Source: an uncultured Acidobacteriaceae bacterium (GTDB lineage: Bacteria > Acidobacteriota > Terriglobia > Terriglobales > Acidobacteriaceae). Taken from it: a stretch of 64,000 bases of DNA. Position numbers and translations under genes: made by a program. The stretch spans positions 21,657 through 85,656 of the forward strand of contig CAWCJR010000002.1 of assembly GCA_963796015.1 (NCBI GenBank), given 5' to 3'. This document shows, in pieces, positions 59,841 through 64,000 of this stretch. The first letter of the stretch is position 1, and each line of letters begins with the position of its first letter. Under the pieces are notes generated by a model, which was not told the origin of the DNA, did no database searches, and saw only the letters and a program-made list of their open reading frames with translations.

Positions 59841-60740
59841 ATGACCACAACTCAAGTAATGGCGCCGCCAGGCGACAGGCGAGACTTTAAATCCAAGCTG
59901 CGCGATTTTTATACGCTGACCAAGCCGGAAGTGAATCTGTTGATTCTGATGACCACGTCAGCCGGCTACTATCTTGCATCGCGGGGATCGTTCAGATTTT
60001 CTGGCCTCGTCAACACTCTGTTCGGAACGTTGCTCGTAGCCAGCGGAACTGCGACTCTGAATCAATGGATGGAGCGGGTTTGGGATGGCCAAATGCGCCG
60101 TACCGCGAACCGGCCCATGCCATCCGGACGGATGAGTTCCATTCACGCACTTATTTTCGGAATGCTTCTCAGCATTGGCGGCGGGGTATATCTTTTCGCA
60201 ACCGTTAATACTTTGTCGGCGGTTCTCGCAATTTCAACGTTGCTTTCCTATCTTCTTGTCTATACTCCCTTGAAGCGGATAACCCCGCTCTGTACGCTGC
60301 TCGGCGCAATTCCCGGCGCGATGCCAACTTTGATCGGATGGGCAGGAGGATCGGGCCGCATTGACCCGCAGGCATGGTACCTTTTCGCGATCCTGTTTCT
60401 CTGGCAGTTCCCTCACTTCCTGGCTATCGCGCTGATGTACCGCGACGATTATGCCCGCGCGGGTTACAGAATGCTCCCCCAATTTGACCGGGACAACCGT
60501 TTTACGCGGTCAGAAATCGTATTTTTTACTCTTGCCCTCATCGTTACCACCATGCTGCCTTTCATTGACCGCGGCGGATCTTATTATGTCGCCGCAATGT
60601 TCGTCGCGGGGGCATTCCTGCTTTATCACTCGCTCAAACTCTCTACCTCCACTTCGACAGTCGTCGCCAGAAAACTGGTTCATGCTTCCGTAATCTACTT
60701 GCCAGTAGTTTTGGTGATTATGTCGGTGCTAAAACGCTAG
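59841..60740 (+). CDS. ctaB: protoheme IX farnesyltransferase (heme O synthase)
   Basis: 299 aa and ~8 TM helices. LTKPEVNLLILMTT, NQWMERVWDGQMRRTANRPMPSGR and LFLWQFPHFLAIALMYRDDY are UbiA-family CyoE/CtaB motifs. Confidence 0.9.
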   Translation: MTTTQVMAPPGDRRDFKSKLRDFYTLTKPEVNLLILMTTSAGYYLASRGSFRFSGLVNTLFGTLLVASGTATLNQWMERVWDGQMRRTANRPMPSGRMSSIHALIFGMLLSIGGGVYLFATVNTLSAVLAISTLLSYLLVYTPLKRITPLCTLLGAIPGAMPTLIGWAGGSGRIDPQAWYLFAILFLWQFPHFLAIALMYRDDYARAGYRMLPQFDRDNRFTRSEIVFFTLALIVTTMLPFIDRGGSYYVAAMFVAGAFLLYHSLKLSTSTSTVVARKLVHASVIYLPVVLVIMSVLKR

Positions 60741-60745
60741 GCATC

Positions 60746-60840
60746 GGGTAATTTTGTAATTGAGTAATTTTTAACTGCGCCACTTAATCGCCGATCCTGC
60801 TGATTTACAATTACAAAATTACCCAATCACTCAATTACCC
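60746..60840. repeat. AT-rich palindromic element (GTAATTTTGTAATTG family), copy 1
   Basis: gggtaattttgtaattg (60746..60762) pairs perfectly with caattacaaaattaccc (60808..60824). An extra half-repeat aatcactcaattaccc follows. It abuts the HIT gene start. Confidence 0.7.
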
Positions 60841-60841
60841 A

Positions 60842-61183
60842 ATGTCCGATTGCATCTTCTGCAAAATCGTTCGCGGTGAAAGTCCTTCGAAAAAAGTTTA
60901 CGAAGACGAGCACATATTCGCCTTTGAAGACTTGAATCCTCAAGGTCCAACCCATGTTTTGGTGATTCCCAAGAAACATATCGCTGGATTAAAAGAAGCG
61001 TCCGTGGAGGATGCAGAGATCATCGGACGATGCCATCTCGCGGCAGCCCAAATAGCCCGGGATCGCAACATAGAAAATGGATACCGCACCGTTCTCAACG
61101 TTGGTCCCGGCGCGGGCCAGTCGGTCTTTCATCTGCATGTTCATTTAATCGGTGGCCGCGCCCTAAACTGGCCTCCCGGATAA
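60842..61183 (+). CDS. HIT-family (histidine triad) nucleotide hydrolase
   Basis: 113 aa. CIFCKIV...VYEDEH..AF.D..PQGPTHVLVIPKKH and HLHVHLIGG. Confidence 0.9.
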   Translation: MSDCIFCKIVRGESPSKKVYEDEHIFAFEDLNPQGPTHVLVIPKKHIAGLKEASVEDAEIIGRCHLAAAQIARDRNIENGYRTVLNVGPGAGQSVFHLHVHLIGGRALNWPPG

Positions 61184-61279
61184 AATGCTGGAGCCTTCCC
61201 CCGGTGCGGAAACCTCCCCAAATGCCCCTGCTATAGCCCGTTAGTGCCCCTTGAACACAGTGTTAGAATTGACTTGTTT

Positions 61280-61933
61280 ATGGGCATGAATAGCACGATC
61301 GGGCGTAAGGCGATGTTTCAACAACTGCCGGGTGCCCAACACCGAACTTCTCTTTGGTGGTCGCTGGGATTACATGTTGTTCTGTTGTACCTCGTTATTT
61401 CTGCTGGGCCGCGCTTTATTCAGCCGTCCTCGATTGCGTTTGGCAACGCTGGCTCGGGGACATCGGCTGAGATTATCTACTTGGGACCATCGGCTGTTCC
61501 TCACCAAACCCGACTTAGCGCGCCGAGACCCAAAACAAAGCACAGAGCCGCCCCCAAATTAACCGCCCCTAAAACCACGGAAGAACCTTCGCTTGACGCA
61601 CCAGTAGAGTCGGCGCGCGCCGGCTCGATTTTAGGATCTTCCTCAACCGGTCAATCAACGGGGTATGAATCGCGACCCGCACTGCCGGTAGTTTTCCCGA
61701 ATCCCGCAGTGGACCGTTCAGACATACCTTCGGGAGTCGCGGGAGATGTAGTCGTCGAAGTCACCATTGACGAAAAAGGTAATGTTGCAGGTGCGAAGGT
61801 GTTGGAATCCCTGGGCTACGGACTGGAAGACAAAGTTCTAGAGGCACTAAAAAACTGGCGCTTTACTCCCGCAACAATGAACGGGGTCGCGATTGCTTCG
61901 CGGCAGGACGTACACTTCCACTTCCCCAGCTAA
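61280..61933 (+). CDS. energy transducer TonB-family protein
   Basis: N-terminal TM LWWSLGLHVVLLYLVI, a Pro/Ala-rich spacer, and C-terminal GVAGDVVVEVTIDEKGNVAGAKVLESLGYGLEDKVLEALKNWRFTPATMNG (TonB_C). Start at ATG 61280. Confidence 0.8.
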   Translation: MGMNSTIGRKAMFQQLPGAQHRTSLWWSLGLHVVLLYLVISAGPRFIQPSSIAFGNAGSGTSAEIIYLGPSAVPHQTRLSAPRPKTKHRAAPKLTAPKTTEEPSLDAPVESARAGSILGSSSTGQSTGYESRPALPVVFPNPAVDRSDIPSGVAGDVVVEVTIDEKGNVAGAKVLESLGYGLEDKVLEALKNWRFTPATMNGVAIASRQDVHFHFPS

Positions 61934-62039
61934 TTGAGTAATTGGGCAATTTTGTAATTGGGTAATTGAAAATCTCCGCGATCCGCGAGGACAGAGTCCT
62001 TTCAATTGCCCGATTACAAAATTACCAAATTACTCAATT
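61932..62039. repeat. AT-rich palindromic element (same family), copy 2
   Basis: 40-nt arms aattgagtaattgggcaattttgtaattgggtaattgaaa and tttcaattgcccgattacaaaattaccaaattactcaatt, with 4 mismatches, around a 28-nt GC-rich loop. It starts at the TonB stop codon. Confidence 0.7.
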
Positions 62040-62042
62040 TCC

Positions 62043-62690
62043 CTACCCTGTGACTTCCTCTTCCGGGGCTCCGTGGCGGCGCAACAGTTGAGGAAGGTTC
62101 TGCGAGAACGCCGATCGCGGAAGCACCATATCACATCCCACTTCATGGGCTTTTTGCTTGAGGTCGCCCTGAACGTGGGACAGGAAGCCGATGACGGACG
62201 TCTTCTTCAATTTCGCCTTCAGCTTGGGAATCAGAGTCAGCGGCTTCGCGTTGGCATTGTTCATATCGAAAATGATCAGCGAAGGCTTTTCCTCGCCATT
62301 CAGCTTGATGCGCTCTAACAGATCTTTTTCTGCCTTACAGAATTCGACCTTTACGTTGAGCTTGCGCGCGGTTTCCTGAATCTTCGCCTGGAAGAATAGA
62401 TCGTCCACGAAAGCAAAGATGCGCGAACTTGCATCCTCGCGGAACGGCAATGGGTCAGGATCGGCGGGCGCGTAGGCAGCCGCAAAGCCCGGTCGAGGGC
62501 GTCCCTGTCGTGAACCGTTCCCGCTCCCCATATTCGCCCGGTAACTATGGTCCATGGGGGCGCTGTAAACACTGTTTTGTTGATTGCGATCGCGGCCTGA
62601 TGGCTGACCGCTACGGTTTGACGGACGCCGACTGCGTCTCCGCCTGTTTCTGCCTCCTCCGTTGGAGGGGCGTCCTGGTCCAGCATTCAT
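62043..62690 (-). CDS. receiver (CheY-like) domain protein with an Arg/Gly/Ser-rich disordered N-terminus
   Basis: N-terminus is GRPSNGGGRNRRRRSRRPSNRSGQPSGRDRNQQ. The C-terminal IFAFVDDLFF...PSLIIFDMNNANAKPL...VIGFLSHV...CDMVLPRS has the DD, D and S positions of REC but no output domain. Confidence 0.6.
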   Translation of the reverse strand: MNAGPGRPSNGGGRNRRRRSRRPSNRSGQPSGRDRNQQNSVYSAPMDHSYRANMGSGNGSRQGRPRPGFAAAYAPADPDPLPFREDASSRIFAFVDDLFFQAKIQETARKLNVKVEFCKAEKDLLERIKLNGEEKPSLIIFDMNNANAKPLTLIPKLKAKLKKTSVIGFLSHVQGDLKQKAHEVGCDMVLPRSAFSQNLPQLLRRHGAPEEEVTG

Positions 62691-62809
62691 ATTTTTCTCG
62701 TTTTATGCACTATGCGTTATGGCTTCCCGAAGGCAAACCACTCATTGCCTTGCTCCAGGGTATTTTGCGCACGTACCCTGCAAGGTGCTAAAAAAAAACC
62801 GACAGTGGG

Positions 62810-62977
62810 TCAATTTGAATCGTAGGTGCGCTTGTTCATTATCGATCCGAGGGCAACGCCCAAGGCCAACCCTATGGATATTCCGAGCGCGACATGGTGC
62901 AGGGCCGCGCCAATCGCCACACCTAAGCTCATCCCGATGGCGATCCCTGAGCCGAGAAAATTGTTGTTGTTTGACAT
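62810..62977 (-). CDS. small (55-aa) glycine-zipper membrane protein
   Basis: Not in the ORF track because it is under 60 aa. AGGAAGAG lies 9 nt before ATG 62977. My translation is MSNNNNFLGSGIAIGMSLGVAIGAALHHVALGISIGLALGVALGSIMNKRTYDSN*. A T9 run follows the stop. Confidence 0.5.
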   Translation of the reverse strand: MSNNNNFLGSGIAIGMSLGVAIGAALHHVALGISIGLALGVALGSIMNKRTYDSN

Positions 62978-63353
62978 GTTAAAGATACTCTTCCTGTGAA
63001 GTCGGACGATTACAGCAATAGATCACTGGGAAATCAAACTAACCCACTACCAAAAACTCAGGCGGCTGGAAACCCTTCTGAAATAAAATCTTCGTCGCTT
63101 TTAATTTGTATCAATTGTTCCGTCTGGAATCTGTATCCGTTTGGATCCTGTCCATTTGGCGCCGGGAGCTACGGGCGCGGAGGGCCAGCTAGAAAGCATG
63201 GCCGCTGGGAACACCTGAATGGTACCGTTCTTTGGGCGTTTAACGCAAGTCCAAAGTCACTATAGTTTTGCACAGAAGTAACTGCATGCTCTTTATACGG
63301 AAATTTTGGCCGAATCCTTGGCTGAAAGCGTAAAGTTTTCTGCGACGGCCTTT

Positions 63354-63890
63354 ATGTCTTTTCCTCGTCCCAAGAAAACCGATTCCGAAGACGAACTCTA
63401 TGCCTACGCCGTAGGCGCGTTGGGGCGACGTGCGCGCTCTGTCGCTGAACTGAAGCGATTGTTACGTCCGCGTGTCGAAGCCGAAACCGAATACGGCCAA
63501 ACCCTCGTCGAGCTGGTAATTCGCAAGCTCAAAGATCAGGGCTATCTCAACGATTCCAGATACGCCGCGGCCTATTCTTCCTTTCGCCGCGACAATGAGA
63601 AATTCGGACGCATGCGCGTAATCACCGATCTCAAAATCAAAGGCGTTCACGGTGAAGTAATCGAAAAAGCCGTCGCCTCCGTTTACGACGAAGTCAGCGA
63701 CGAGAAACAGGCGCGCGAATATATGCGTCGCAAACGCCTCGCAAAACCTGCCAACCAAAAACAGGCAGCCCGCATTTTCCGTCAGCTCACGCGCGCAGGA
63801 TTCGCCTCAAAGACAATTTTTAAAATCTTGAAGAAGTGGGATGTGGACGATGAAACGTTAACGGCGCTGGAGGGCGAGACTGAGAAGTGA
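63354..63890 (+). CDS. recX: regulatory protein RecX
   Basis: Three-helix repeats ELYAYAVGALGRRARSVAELKRLL, VIRKLKDQGYLNDSRYAAAY and ARIFRQLTRAGFASKTI. No recA is adjacent within the window. Start ATG 63354 (or TTG 63306). Confidence 0.8.
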   Translation: MSFPRPKKTDSEDELYAYAVGALGRRARSVAELKRLLRPRVEAETEYGQTLVELVIRKLKDQGYLNDSRYAAAYSSFRRDNEKFGRMRVITDLKIKGVHGEVIEKAVASVYDEVSDEKQAREYMRRKRLAKPANQKQAARIFRQLTRAGFASKTIFKILKKWDVDDETLTALEGETEK

Positions 63891-63914
63891 GTGGAAGCTG
63901 TGTTCCCACACTTT

Positions 63915-63947
63915 GTCATTCCGAAGCGCAGGGCGTGGAATCTGCTT
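63915..63947. repeat. REP-like element (gtcattccgaagcgcagggcgtggaatctgc)
   Basis: Shares its opening tttgtcat(t/c)ccga and its palindromic design with 43032..43090. Confidence 0.45.
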
Positions 63948-64000
63948 TTCTGTCTGGCGTTACGCGCCAAAACCGAATGTTAGAATGAGTTCTCATTGAT

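Noticed and set aside
59740-59844. 34-codon GTG-initiated upstream ORF (VVLLILLPAFSQSYRQRDLGGSARNQMDTGNRRA) overlapping the ctaB ATG by ATGA
   Set aside because: It has no ribosome-binding site before the GTG, is short, and has a composition-driven sequence. The longer open frame upstream (from 59626) has no start codon. This is insufficient to call a gene.
62996-63265. 89-aa ORF in the gap between the small glycine-zipper gene and recX; possible ncRNA (SRP, 6S, RNase P) in 62978..63353
   Set aside because: The ORF has a GTG start without an SD and a low-complexity translation. I could not recognise the conserved cores of SRP, 6S, tmRNA or RNase P RNA in either strand.

Overview
This is a 64-kb chromosomal segment, roughly 55-60% GC by eye. 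The gene content points to an Acidobacteriota (Terriglobia-like) soil bacterium, which is an inference. Supporting content: a CarboxypepD_reg-type TonB-dependent receptor, several TonB C-domain proteins, DUF1579, a DUF3857/transglutaminase pair, a CRTAC1/ASPIC protein, a sedolisin, and many short GC-rich palindromic REP-like elements. I support about 50 protein genes and 2 tRNAs (Ser-CGA, Arg-TCG). I found no rRNA, CRISPR array, integrase, transposase, phage gene or recognisable defence gene. Recognisable modules are: a PaoABC-type periplasmic molybdo-flavo-FeS oxidoreductase with divergent XdhC and MocA (24.8-30.8 kb); a porin, membrane multiheme cytochrome/TPR and CRTAC1 block (18.6-24.8 kb); and housekeeping genes (hisS, tadA, nuoI, recX, ctaB, pdaD). 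The best candidate for an undescribed system is the tight three-gene operon at 56.5-59.6 kb. It encodes a Cyc2-like fused monoheme cytochrome-porin, a diheme cytochrome c and a cupredoxin-core protein, followed by heme O synthase. That layout resembles an outer-membrane electron-uptake (Fe(II)-oxidation-type) module. Other notable points: a ~120-aa AT-rich insertion inside the catalytic core of HisRS; a perfect 51-bp in-frame tandem duplication in a sugar-porter motif; an 80-codon start-less ORF in frame behind a TAG stop; and several families of intergenic palindromic repeats. There is also a strikingly uneven load of single-nucleotide frame disruptions. I trace about 13 in the multiheme cytochrome gene alone and about 10 more across other genes, while long neighbouring genes are intact. 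These could be assembly indels or real gene decay, and the sequence alone cannot decide.
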